This document shows, piece after piece, positions 1-12,800 of a DNA stretch of 64,000 bases (position 1 is the stretch's first letter; every line of letters begins with the position of its first letter). Under the pieces are notes generated by a model. It did not search any database. It saw only the letters and a list, made by a program, of their open reading frames with translations, and was not told the DNA's origin. Source of the stretch: Geosiphon pyriformis uo1 (Eukaryota; Fungi; Glomeromycota); assembly GCA_016748015.1 (NCBI GenBank), contig JAAOMT010000280.1:22183-86182 (forward strand). The letters are read 5' to 3'. Made by a program: the position numbers and the translations under genes.

Positions 1-2199
1 ATTTATTAATTAATCAAAAAATGAATCTTTGATTAAAATTAAATTTGTAACTAATAAGTAAAAACATATAATAAAAAAAGAAAAAAAGAGCTTTGAATTA
101 AATATTGTAAATTATTCAATAAAAGAAATAAATAGAATTTAGAATAATAAGAAAGACATTTGGAAATTTTAAACTATTTTAATTATATTTTTCTAAAAAA
201 GTTTAAACAACTCAGTCAATAATCAAGTTAGTAATTTGTTTTTAAACTAAAATATTATTCTGTATAACTAATATATAGTAGCTGAATAAAAAATTAACTA
301 TAATATTAATATTGGCCAATTATTGTTAACAAATCTAAGAAGTTTGGTAAAAAAATTGATTTTCAATAAAACTTAAAGTGCAAAATATTATGCTACAAGA
401 TCATTTTAAATAAGAAATAATTGGCAATTTTTACATTCATATAATAATAATTATTTTATAAATTTGCAGTAATAACATATTCTTAATTAAAAGTAAAGTA
501 TTGGATTGTTTATTTTTAAAAGAATTATAAACAAGATCTTAAAATCAAAAAACTTTATTAATTTTAACAAAAAAATCTTTTTATAAAACAATATCTTTAA
601 ACAAATAAATATTTTATAAGAATCTTGCTAAGATTTTTTTGTTTTTTAAATGTATTTTGTATTTTAACAAAAACTTTAATTAAATTTTTTCAAAAGAAAT
701 TTTTTTTTATATCTAATCTAAAACTTAAAATCTTAGATTTCTTATACAATTTCTTTTTAAAACAATAAATATTAAGTTTCTGTAATTTCAAAAAAATCAA
801 AGTAATATTTGTATATATTATAAGTTGAAACAAGATTTAAGTTAATTCAGAATCAATTTAAGTTGATTTGAAATTCTAATTCAAATTGAATTAATTCTGA
901 ATCATTAATTTAATTTCGAATTAACTTAACCAATTATATTATTTGGTCAATTGGCCAATAAAAAGTTTTTCTTTTATTAATCAATTAAAAAAATCAAAGT
1001 TTTAATATTTGACACATTTTTTTATGGCTTTTAATACTATTTATTATTAATAAATTATAAATAACTTACTTAAAAAACATTTTCTGACTTTTTTGAAAGC
1101 TATTTATTAACTAAAAGTAAAAAAAAACAAGCCAAAACTTTGTTTTTTTAAGATTACATAAACCAATATATTAAGATATTAAAAAATATTTCTAAAAGAA
1201 AAAACTTTGATTCTAAATTGAAGTATTAAATACACTCTACTTTTTATATTACACAAGTTGGAAAACAAAATATATTTTATCTTAAAAAAACAAAAAAACT
1301 AATCTGTTTAAAAAAAAATTATATAAAAAACCATGTAAATTTTATTTAAAAATAAGACATAAAAAAATAAATAAACTTATAATATAATATATAATATTAA
1401 TTTAATTTTATATATAAATAGATACTAATAATTTTTTATTTATAAATTAAAAATAAATATATTTAAGTACTTAAAAATTTAGTAAAACAGTTTTGTTTTT
1501 ACTATATTAGATATATTAAATAATAATCTTTAATTTAATCAATAGCTACAAATTTGATTTTAACAAAAAATTTTATGTATTATTTATAAGTAAATTTGGT
1601 TAATATATAAAATTAACCAAATAATTCTTACAAATATATTTATTATGTTTGGAATTATTTTACAAATTTTTTTTTCTAAAGAAGCAAAAAAAGTTACAAG
1701 TTTTTTTTTAACTTTTTATTATATTCAAATCTCCAATTATCTTTTAAATCAATAATAAAAAAGAGTTTATAGCTAAAATAATCAAAAAATTAACAGAAAT
1801 ATAGCCAACTATTTATATTATAAATAGATATCTAAAATATACTTAATTTTAAAGATTAATTAAATGAGCAAATAATATATTTTAACAAAAACTTTCAAAA
1901 TAAATAGAAAATAAAAAAACTAATAATTAGTTGTATAGTTTATATTAAGTAATATGTAAAAAATATTATTTTTATATTGTTTAAATTATTTAAACAATTA
2001 TTAATTTATTTTTATGTTTAAATATAATAAACACAAAAGTTTTTGTAGTTATTGGTTTTTTATCTTATTAAAAAATATTTAAACAAAAACTTTACATGAA
2101 TTATTTTCTTTTTGAATTCTTTTTTGCACAATTGATTATACAAGAAAAAATTTTTTTAATAACTTGAATATAGAGCCAACTAATAAAAAACCAATTTAA

Positions 2200-2814
2200 C
2201 AAAAAATCAAAAATAATAGTAATTAACAAAAAAACAAATTGCAGCAACAAAATAACTAGTAATAACAGCAAAATAACTAATGACAAAATAATTAACAACA
2301 ACAAAAACAGCAAGATAATAGGTAACAAAATAATCAGTGGTAACAACAAAATAATATACAACAAGATAATTAACAGTAACAACAAAATAATAGATAATAA
2401 GATAACTAATAATAATAGTAAGATAATAAGTAATAAGATAATTAACAATAATAATAAAATAATATATAACAAAATAATTAATAGTAACAATAAAATAATA
2501 AGTAACAAAATAACTAACAACAACAAAAACAAAATATTTAGCAACAGTAATAAGATAATATGTAACAAAATAATTAACAGTAACAACAAAATAATATGTA
2601 ACAAAATAATAAACAATAAAATAATAAACAGCTATAACAAAATAATAAACAACAAAATAACTAACAGTAATAATAAAATAATATGTAACAAAATAACTAG
2701 CAGCAACAAAATAATAAATAACAAAATAACTAGCAATAACAATAAAATAATTAATAACAAGATAATCAATAATAACAACAAAATAATACATACAAGATAA
2801 CTAGTAGCAGCAAA
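2200..2814. repeat. Degenerate 36-bp (21+15) tandem repeat array, left part
   Basis: Recurring unit ~aacaaaataattaacagtaacaacaaaataatatgt. It explains the spurious Leu/Ile-rich and YFVV ORFs. Confidence 0.9.
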
Positions 2815-5800
2815 TAAGATTCTGATTGAATTGAATCAAACTGAACCAATTTTTCAAAATAAATTCAGTTCAAATTTGGTATTAAATCTTTTTGACAAGT
2901 CTGAATTTGGTTCAAGTCTGGTTTAAAGTTTACAAATTTGTTCAAATTTAATAAAATTAAAAAAATTTACTTATATTATTTGTTTATCAATCATTATTTT
3001 GTTTAATTACTATAATTAGTTAAAGAAATATATAAAACTATATATAATAAATTTATTGTTAGGATTATTCAATGTTACTAAATATTTAAAATTTAAAATA
3101 ACAGAATTTAATAACTCAAATAGTCCAAATATTAATATATTTGATAAGTGTAGTTTTCAAAGTGAAATATGTGACTATTTTGATAAGTTTAAGTAGATAA
3201 AAGAAAAAAAACAGCTAAATGTACAGTCTTAAAATGTGTGTATAAACCATTTTTTTGTGAAATTACAAATACTATTAAGTTTTTATGATATTATTTAGAA
3301 ACTTTCTATTAAACAATATATATTACAATGAAAAAATATCATAAGAAAAGACAAAATGTTTAAAAACATTGTAAATTAATTTAAAAAATGTTTCAACAAG
3401 TAAAATTACTATTTTTTTTTTATGATTTTTGGCCAATTTAATTAAAAAACTGCTTTAGTTTTTTGTAATAACCACTTTTAATATTAATAATAAAAAACTT
3501 TATAATATAATTACTATTTGGCATATTAACTATTAGTAATCACTTCATATAGTAGAAGACTTAATATTAATCAAAATATTTTAATATTTGAATCACATTT
3601 CTCAATCTGTTTGTGCTAATACAATTAAAAATAGAGTCATAAAATTTTATGTTTTGGGTAGACAAAAATTAAGAATAAGTACTACTTTTATTATAAAATG
3701 TTTTTTTTCTTTTATCTATAATTATAATATAATAAATATACTTAAATACTATTAAGTTCAAAATTTTTTTACATCAGATCTCTAAACATCTTCCAATAAC
3801 AAAGTTTTTGTTTTTATTACTACTCATTATATTAATAGCAATTGGAATTTTTAATAAACAATAATTGATTTTGAATTAATAAATAAACAACATAATAAAA
3901 TAAACATTATGAATAGATTTTTTAAAGTATTAAAAAATTATAGAATTACATCAAAGATATATATGTATATTTTTGCATAAATTTGGATTAGTTAATAGCC
4001 AATAATAAAATTGACATATCATACAGCATATTAATATCATCTGAGACTCAGAGTTATCATAGTATTTATATTATTAAAAATTATATTTTCTTAATATTGG
4101 CTTAAGTTGGTTTTTATTATTGCTTCAGAGCTGAATTTTTGGCATTAATATTATCTAAAATTCAAAATTATTACAGTGCTCATATTATTAAAAACTGCAT
4201 TTTCTTAATGTTAATTTAAGTGGTTTTTATTATTGTTTTAAGCCAAATTTTTAGCCAAAAAAATTAAGAAAGAAGTTTAAGAAAAAATTATATTTATTCT
4301 TTTTTTATACAAGTTTATCATTAATTTTATTAGTTATAACCTAATTTTTTTTAACAGCTTTTTACTATTACTCTTGATAATATTGCAAATAATAATACTT
4401 ATATAAGAAAATTAGCAAAAAAATTAGAAAAAAAAAACTTTTAATAAAACTCAAAAAACTTTTAATTTTGATACTTTGATTATATTTTAAACTTGGCAGT
4501 ACAAATAGTTTTAGATAAAATAAAAGATAATGTTTCTAAAATATTTGTTAAAAACTCAAACTAAATATATTTACTTAAAATTTTTTTGATATAAACTTTG
4601 TATAAATTAAAGATTAAAGAACTTAACTTTGTAATTTGTATCTTGCTCCAATAGTTTAAGTTTCTTAAACATGCCTGTAATATATGTTAAATTAAATACT
4701 GTAAACTTATTTTGAATTGTTTTATCTGGTAAAATTTTACTTATGAAATAGTCAAGAATAAATTATCTCTTAAATTGACAAATTATTTATTTTTGATTTT
4801 GTATATTTTGAATAAAAAAATTTTAACTATAAATTTATAAGCATTAAATATTCTTATTAATATGCTATTTTACATAATTAATGGGCTGTTTTCAATAAAA
4901 TTGCTAAATTTTTTGAACTATTTTAGAATATTACAGTCAAAATATCAGTCAGTTCAAATAATATTGCCTCCTTGATTATTATTTTTTTTAATATTATTCT
5001 TAATCATGTTAAAAACAAAGTTAATGATAATAAATCTGGTAAAGTATTATAATCTCAATTGTATTTATTTAGTTATTTATTTAACATATTTAATATTAGA
5101 TTCATTACTTATTATAATAGCTAAAACAATAAGAGAAAAGTTAATTGAATATTACTTTAAAACAAATACAACTGTAATGCTCTGTACTATATTGAATCCA
5201 AGAAAAAAATCCAATTATTTTACAAAATACGAATTTTTGGATAATAATATTAATAAAATAAAAAAATTATAAGTTATTAATTTATTTAAATAATTTTATT
5301 TTTCAATTCTCACATAATAAATAAATCTTTAAAATATATACTCTCTTTAAAATAAAGTACACACTAAATATTATACCAACATCAAATAATAGTTTTTTGT
5401 TAAATAGCAATTTTAATAATACTATAGCATCAGTCATACAATTCATATTAGAAACAAACTTTAACAATAATAAAAAAAAACTTGACAAAATTGATCATTA
5501 TATCTTTAAAAAAGTGGCCACTAAAGAAATAAATATAATAATATGATAAAAGATATATTACAAAAAATATTTATTTAAATTAACATTTTATTAATAATTT
5601 AATATTTAAGTATATTAAACACAATTTTTTTGTCTTATATATATAATTTGTAATTATTTAGTAATCTAAGAATCATCTATTGTTTTTAAATTTACTTTTT
5701 CTGCAAATGAAAATATAATTACAGATATAAAGTCTTGTTTAGTGTCTAAAATTATAAGAGCAATACAGTGTTTTTAATTATAAATACAAGGACTATTAAA

Positions 5801-6044
5801 AAAAAATTAAATAATAATATAGTATAATATAATGTTTTTAATAGTTAAATCTGAACATGTTTATAAACTTTAAATTAAACTTGAATGAAACTTGTTGCAT
5901 GTATTTGGATTTAGTTCAAGTTTAATAATTTTAAGTCTGATTCAAGTTTAAGTTCAAAATTTTGCCAAATCTTTTATTTGAGTTTGGTTTAGTTGGGTGA
6001 TTCAATCAAACTTAAACCAAACTAAACTGAACATCAAAATTTTA
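2815..6044 (+). mobile_element. Degenerate hAT (Ac/ZBED-like) DNA transposon
   Basis: 12-bp imperfect TIRs (taagattctgat / atcaaaatttta), imperfect 8-bp TSD (gcagcaaa 2807-2814 / gcagaaac 6045-6052) and subterminal gttcaa/gaacc repeats. Relic motifs in order: BED finger ~3160-3240, FTSDL*TS..ITTHYINSNW ~3765-3850, TITLDNIANN ~4365, YILNLAVQ ~4480, KLIEYY..TILNPRK 5140-5205, and the dimerization domain (FS..NIITD..S.L..KIIRAIQC) ~5655-5775. Confidence 0.85.
4025..4250. repeat. ~115-bp tandem duplication inside the hAT transposase
   Basis: 4025-4140 and 4141-4250 align (attaatatcatctgagactcagag… vs attaatattatctaaaattcaaaa…), differing mostly by transitions. Confidence 0.75.
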
Positions 6045-6520
6045 GCAGAAACAAAATAATAAGTAACAAAATAACTAAAAACAACAATAAAATAATATAT
6101 AATAAAATAATTAATAGCAATAATAAAATAATTAGCAATAACAATAAAATAATATATGACAAAATAATTAACAATAACAATAAAATAATATGTAATAAAA
6201 TAATTAGCAACAATAACAAAATAATAAACAACAAAATAATTAGTAACAACAACAAAATAATAAACAACAAAATAATCAACAATAGCAAAATAATAAGTAA
6301 TAAGATAACTAGTAATAATAATAAGATAATTAATAACAAAATAATCAGCAGCAACAACAAAATAATATATAATAAGAGAACTAACAATAATAAAATAATA
6401 GACAATAACAACAAAATAATTAGTAATTAAATAATTAAATAATTAATATAATAACAAAACAATAAACAATAAAATGACTAATAACAACAAAATATTCAAT
6501 AGTTGTAGCAAAATAATTAG
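6045..6520. repeat. 36-bp tandem repeat array, right part
   Basis: Same unit and orientation as 2200-2814; resumes directly after the hAT right TIR. Confidence 0.9.
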
Positions 6521-9305
6521 AAATAATAATAATAACTACTAAATTAACAGTATTATTAATGGTTTTTGTTACTATTGAGAACATTTTTTAGCTTAGCTGG
6601 TAATACATATTACTATAATTATAACTATAAACTATAATATATTATGAGTGTATAGACTATTTTAATAATTAGAAAAGCAAAAAAGATGTATGATAAAGTT
6701 ATTAAAAGTAAAAAAAAGTATTGTTGTTATTATTTAGTTTTAAACAAAAATTAGCTTAATATATTTTAAAAGAGAAAAAAAAGTCACATATTTTTATATA
6801 TATTGAATACACAATTAGCAACAAAAAAAACCAAACTATTCTAATAAATATATAACCAGAATTTTTTTAATTAGTTATAAAAAAAATGTAGTATTCAAAT
6901 ATTTAACTTTGAAAACAAATTTATAAGAATAATAAAAAAAGTTATAAAAAAAAAACATAATTAAAATAAATTTTTAATTAAAGTTTTATTGTTAAGATTA
7001 TTCTTTAACAACATAATACTTTTATTACTTAATTAATTTTTAATAACTTGTTCAATAAAACAAGACATAATATAAAATAATAATAACACATAATTTAAAA
7101 AACAAAAGTAATAGAAAAACTTGAAATAATAATAACAAATATGTAAGAGTTTATAAACAATGTAATTTTAAATAGTAATAAAAAATATAAAAAAATATAC
7201 TTAAAATTGTGATAATAAGTATTTAGAACATAGAAAAAAAAATAAAAAGAGCAATATATAGAAAAAAAACTAACTGTTTACTATAAAACTATAGCAAAAA
7301 GTTGGTTTAATATTAAACTAATACTTTTTTGAGCTAACAAAAAGACTCTATATATAGCTAAATTACATCAAATTTACATATTATATTAAGACTATTTAAT
7401 TTAATCAATTTATAATAAACTTACTTAGCATATTATTTTTCTAAGAATTAATAATTTTAGATGATCAGATTTAGATAGTTGGATCTAGAATATTGTTTGT
7501 AAATTAATAATACTAATTGTAATTATAATTAACATAATTAGAAGTAAATCAATTAATTATATTTTTTAATAACTATTTTTAATTATTAATTGCAAATCTG
7601 GAATGTTAAATTGTTTTAATAAAGACATATAAAAATTTTAGAGCATAATAAAGTCTGTTGTTATTAGATTATATATATTAATTATTTATTTTTATTAATG
7701 TTTTTTAGTTTGCCAAGATTTTTTTGTATTTAATTTAGTTAAACTGTTAGATTATATTATATCTTTTTGTTGTAATTGAATTAATTACTAATTATTTATT
7801 TTTAGATTGTTGGTTAATTTTGTTGATTAAATGCAATAATATAGGCTTTTTTGTATAATTTTAATGCTAATTTTTATTGTATATGTTGTAATTTTTATAT
7901 TAAAAAGTGTAAAAATCTATTGGTAATAATAGTAATAATATAACATAATAAATAATATTAAAAAAAATTGAGTTATAAGTAAAAAAACCAAATATTTCTT
8001 AAAAAATATTAGTACTTATTCTAATAACTTTTATGTTTTTTTTATTATAATCTTAAAAAACAAAGTAATGTTTTTTATTATTTGTACTTTTTAATATTAT
8101 TCTGTATTAATTTTATATTTTTTAATAGAATAATAATAACCAAAACAATATATTATATAATATTAGTAATTTATCTATTAGTCATTATAAAAGATGCCAA
8201 ATTATTTACAATCAATATGTTAATAATACCAAAATAATGCAAAAAAATGCCTGATAAAAATACAAAACAGAAAATATTTTATAAGATTAAAGATTTTATG
8301 CAAATTAAAATTCCAAAAATTAATTATTTAGATATTAATAAAAAGTTTTTTATTTGCAAAATAATTAGAACTATTAATAAAAAATTATATAAACTAGGAT
8401 ACAAGTCAGAAATATTAAAAAATTCTTACTATATAACAAAATTAATGTTTATTAAGACTACTGATTTTCCAGAATTACAAAAAAACCAAACACTTTTATT
8501 TCTTTACATAAAAGCAATCTTATACTAAAGTCGAAAAAAAATGACAGATTATTAATGCAATTGTAAAGGGAGCTATAGAACTAATTATGGTAATTACAAA
8601 AAAACCAGAATTTTATGTGGTACATAATATTATAGTGATAGTAGTAATGCTTGTAAGAATCAATACAATTATTAGAATTATTAAATATGGTAATAAAAAA
8701 ACGCATCAAATATTAAAACTTTGATTTTTTTGATTGGCTAATGAAAGGGAAACTTTTTACTGGCCAATTAACCAAATAATGTAATTGGTTGAGTTGATTC
8801 GAAATCAACACAGTGTTGAATTAAGGATTCCGAATTAACTCAAGTTAAAGAAGAAAAACTTAGAATTTTTGACCTGATTAAAATAATCATTGGGTCGTCA
8901 TCAACTAAAAGCTCTTTTTCGACATTTAACGTTCGTTGAGTTTTTAATAAAGACCAAATATGATTCGCCTTTCGAAAATCGATTTTCAATAAAAAGATTT
9001 AGAAATAAAAAATGGTGGTTTTCAGATTAGAATTTGCCAAAAGAACAGTGAGCGAATCAAGATTAAATCTTTTAAATAAAATGGATAATAAATTAAGTAT
9101 TAAACAAATTGCACAAAATTTTATTTTACTGACTTTTCAGGCAAATAGACAAACTATATTTTAAAATATTGTTTATAGAGTAAAATAAAAAAGAAAGTGT
9201 GGCATATACATAAATTTATTCAGCTAAAAAGGTTATCACTTATAAATTAAATGAATTAACCTTCGATTATTTTCAAAAGCAAGACTACTTTCATAGAACC
9301 CTTCC

Positions 9306-9347
9306 NNNNNNNNNNNNNNNNNNNNCCCCCCCCCCCCCCCCCCCCCC
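9306..9347. other. Assembly gap (20 N) next to a poly-C tract
   Basis: Ns at 9306-9325 followed by ~22 C. Confidence 0.98.
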
Positions 9348-9807
9348 TGAATGAATCATTCTTGAAGCTTTTGTTGGCTTGTTTCTTCTGTTTATCTGAT
9401 TTCAAAATAAGGTTATATGGACTGTAAATTTCATACTCGCATATTTCAGCATTTTGTTTTATCCGCCATTTGAAAAATCATTGTAAAAAATAATATTTGC
9501 TATACTGTGCAATAGCTATTTGGTTTTAATTTATATTAAAAATAGTTTTTTGTATTTAAAAATAAAAATAAATTATTGTTACTTGAGATTTTTATTAAAA
9601 AAAATTTCAATATTAAATTTTATTAAACCTTTAACATAATAATAAAAATCAAAAATACATAAATTCAAACAAATTCTGCTCATCCTAATATGGATTATAG
9701 CATACATGACATTAACACAGTCACGGGCGATCAATTTGGAACCATGAACATCTGCTACTTTATTTTAACTGGTTTTTCTAGGGGCATGGTTCATTGACTA
9801 TTGCTGG

Positions 9808-12800
9808 TCAGACCAACCGCTATAAAGAAAATTATCGATTAAGTTCATTAAACCGTTTCGTGGTGCCATACCACTTCACTTTCTACGTCAGGCCACGAAT
9901 CTTGATCCTCAACCCAAATCTTCACATTATCTATCGAACCCAAATTCTGGAGTTTGCTGATGTCGAATTCTAGTTCAATAATATCGTAAAACGCTTGATA
10001 GGATTCTATAATATGATTCTACAGGGATTTCAAGTTCAGCAAGAGGTGGTTATACAAAAATGAAAATCATAGGATTGATTATGTGTGAATAAGTGTATTA
10101 TTATATGTAGAAATAAACGTCTTTACTTACTCGCAACGGTCTAAGCAACACAGTTTCTGTTTTTCGATCATCAAGGTATTGTGATAACTTGGAGGAGATG
10201 AATTGAAGTTTTGATTGGACCAAACTGCGAAAATTCTTGTATACTTCCAAGATATTTACTATCCACAATGATGAGATAGTGGGTTTATGGATACTTAAAA
10301 TATTCATAAGGCCTGATAAAAAAAAGCCAATATTGAGAAGCCGGTCAAATACCTGTTTGAGCAAAACTTTGATGTTTCAAGGGGGTTTGTTGATGAGTGG
10401 GCTTCATGTCGTTTCTTAACCGAAATGCTGATACCTAAAGCAGAGAAGAATACCAAATATAAAAGAATAAAGTTGGAGATCAACCAATTGAAAAAACCCT
10501 AGCAGGGATACCTTCAATAAGAATGAAGATAATGATTCCACAGCTTCTTTGGCGTTGCCCAGGATAAACTCTTCACATATTTGTTTCAATTTCTTGTCGA
10601 CTTCCTAAATTTGGGTTAGTATCGAAGTAATCTCGAGATTGATCTAATATAACAGCAAATATTCAATTGAAATTACCAATTTCGCATCAACCCGATGTCC
10701 CACCACTTTCGGCATACCCTTTTGGGCCAAGCCGATTAATGTATTGGGACTGAGAATTGAATATTTATTCTGCAAGATTTCATTCAAGGCATCTATAAAA
10801 TTTGAATAATTTTTAGTCACATTAAAAAACTACCATAACCAGACGAATCGAGCTAAAAATCGATAAGTAGATTGTATTTAGGGGTACCCGTCATCTCGGA
10901 AAAATCTAAATCTTTTTCCTCATGAACGAATTGTGTTTCAAACGATGCAGTGCGCTCTTTTAGAATTAATAAATGCTTGATCAAAAAAAGTTGACCATCT
11001 ATTTTATTCTAAAATATTACGTAAAAATGATTAGTTCTAAACGAATTATATAAATTGAGCATCAAGTACCCAGTCACCTTTTTTGTGATATTCTCACTAG
11101 CTTCCAATAAAGAATTCAAACATATTAGAACCACATCTTGGGCGATATCATCAAAGATGGAAGTCTATTTGGCAGAGTTGATTTTATAGAAAAAAGTTAA
11201 AGAAAAGGGATGTCTGCCAGTGAAATCTGAAATGATGGTTAGGCTTACATTAACACATCGATAAAGTTTTGAAAGAATCCATAACGTTCGTTGCAACGTG
11301 GTAAAACAGTTGCGATATTCTTCACTAGTATCTGACACATTGAAAAATGATAAAGGTGTCATCGGTCTATCGCTATCGTTATCTTGTTGGACAGCTAACA
11401 ATGCCGGGCCAAATGATGAAGTAGACGGGTGATCGAGCTCAATTTCAGGGTTCAGAACCCGCGTTGTTGGTTCTTGCGTAACTAAAATAGAACAATGCAG
11501 TTAATAATTAGAATCAAGGACCGAGATTTTTTTTCAAAAAACCTTTCAATCTATCTGGATAATCGAGGTCTGAGGGTTCAGGAACAAATTTCTTGATATT
11601 GTTATCAATATAAGTTTGTGCGCGAAACACAAGTCGTTGTTGGGTATCTTGAAGAACGTTTTTGATAAGATAACTGAATTGCAAGCCTGGTTCTCCTTTT
11701 TCTAAGAGAAAAAAATCTAAAATTTAGAGCAAAAGTAAACCCGGTCAAGGCAAACAAAATCAGGATATCCAAAGGTTCACCTGTGTGAGTCTTTTCTTGC
11801 GCAGCATAGTCTTGCAATATGGTGCACATTTCTGACAAGGTATCAATATGTGCTTCGTGGATAATTCGCGGGCGAAGCTCATCATAGAGATAGCTACATA
11901 GCAAATCTAGATTTCCACTAGTTTATTTCAAATTGATTAAATTTTTTTTCTGGATAAAAGCAATGTCCTTAGTTAACGACATTCATACTATAAGTCATCT
12001 TCCCCAGTGGTAAAAAATTCATAGAATAAAGAATATTCCTCCAAGCATAGATTCTTCATGTACCCGTATCCGTTACGTGTCTTTAATCATATAATAAAAA
12101 ATGAAGGAATAATTAGAAAATACCCAGATGATCTGAAATGCATCTGATGCAAAAAAATAGAAAATAAAATCAAAAAAAGTACTCACAAAAGTTAATATAT
12201 CCTGAGTTCCAGGACTTAAGTCTTGTATCTGGGCAACAATAACAGGAATCAAGAGCTGCTGACGAACCGAAAAATATGCGTTATAACAATCGCTTAATAA
12301 AGAAGCATATCTGCTTACAAGAAAGAATGGGAGGTGAATTGAGGTATTTTGATGAATCACGAATTTATGTGAAGAAAAAACGTTTGCCTACTCTCGATGC
12401 GCCGGGCATCTTTTTTCGATTTCATTGACACGAATTTTAAGTTTTGGGGCAAGTGATAGAAATTTTCCGTAGAACAAAGCTTTCTGGGAAATAGTACTTA
12501 AGGTCTTGTGAAGAAAAGGGCTTTCGATTATTTAAAAGAAAAAAATCTCTTGAATTCACCTTCATCCCCCACTAATCAAATCTAACCTGATTGGTTTTTT
12601 TAGATATCTCCATACCAAGCCCTTTTATGATCCAAATAAAATTAATTTTTATTAAGGTCATTCCTCGAGTCATACATTGACGAAAACGTAATAAATAAAG
12701 CTCAGAGTCTCGATATCTCAACTATATAAAGCGAAAAAATTAATACTGAGAATCAAAATAAAAAAATAGGCTATACTTTATCGTAAAACGGATGAAAGGA

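Larger units (their letters stand above)
885..8845. mobile_element. Degenerate ~8 kb DNA transposon-like unit bounded by ~140-bp inverted repeats
   Basis: 885-1025 (…ttcgaattaacttaaccaattatattatttggtcaattggccaataaaaagttt…aaaaaatcaaagttttaatatttga) is the reverse complement of 8693-8845 (tcaaatattaaaactttgatttttt…actttttactggccaattaaccaaataatgtaattggttgagttgattcgaa). The interior is eroded; exact termini and family are not resolved. Confidence 0.65.

Noticed and set aside
2101-2791. Leu/Ile-rich and YFVV ORFs (also 6034-6414) as membrane proteins
   Set aside because: Artefacts of the stop-poor minus strand of the 36-bp repeat.
2200-2814. CRISPR array
   Set aside because: No unique spacers, eukaryotic context, no cas genes.
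8247-8528. 93-aa ORF as a gene
   Set aside because: K/I/N/Y-biased AT-rich frame inside eroded repeat DNA; no motif.
9281-9305. aagactactttcatag resembling the U3 snoRNA 5' end
   Set aside because: Box A continuation and the other boxes are absent, and it runs into a gap.
10435-10511. COG3 intron starting GTATCCCT as U12-type
   Set aside because: Imperfect donor and no CCTTRAC-like branch site near the 3' end.
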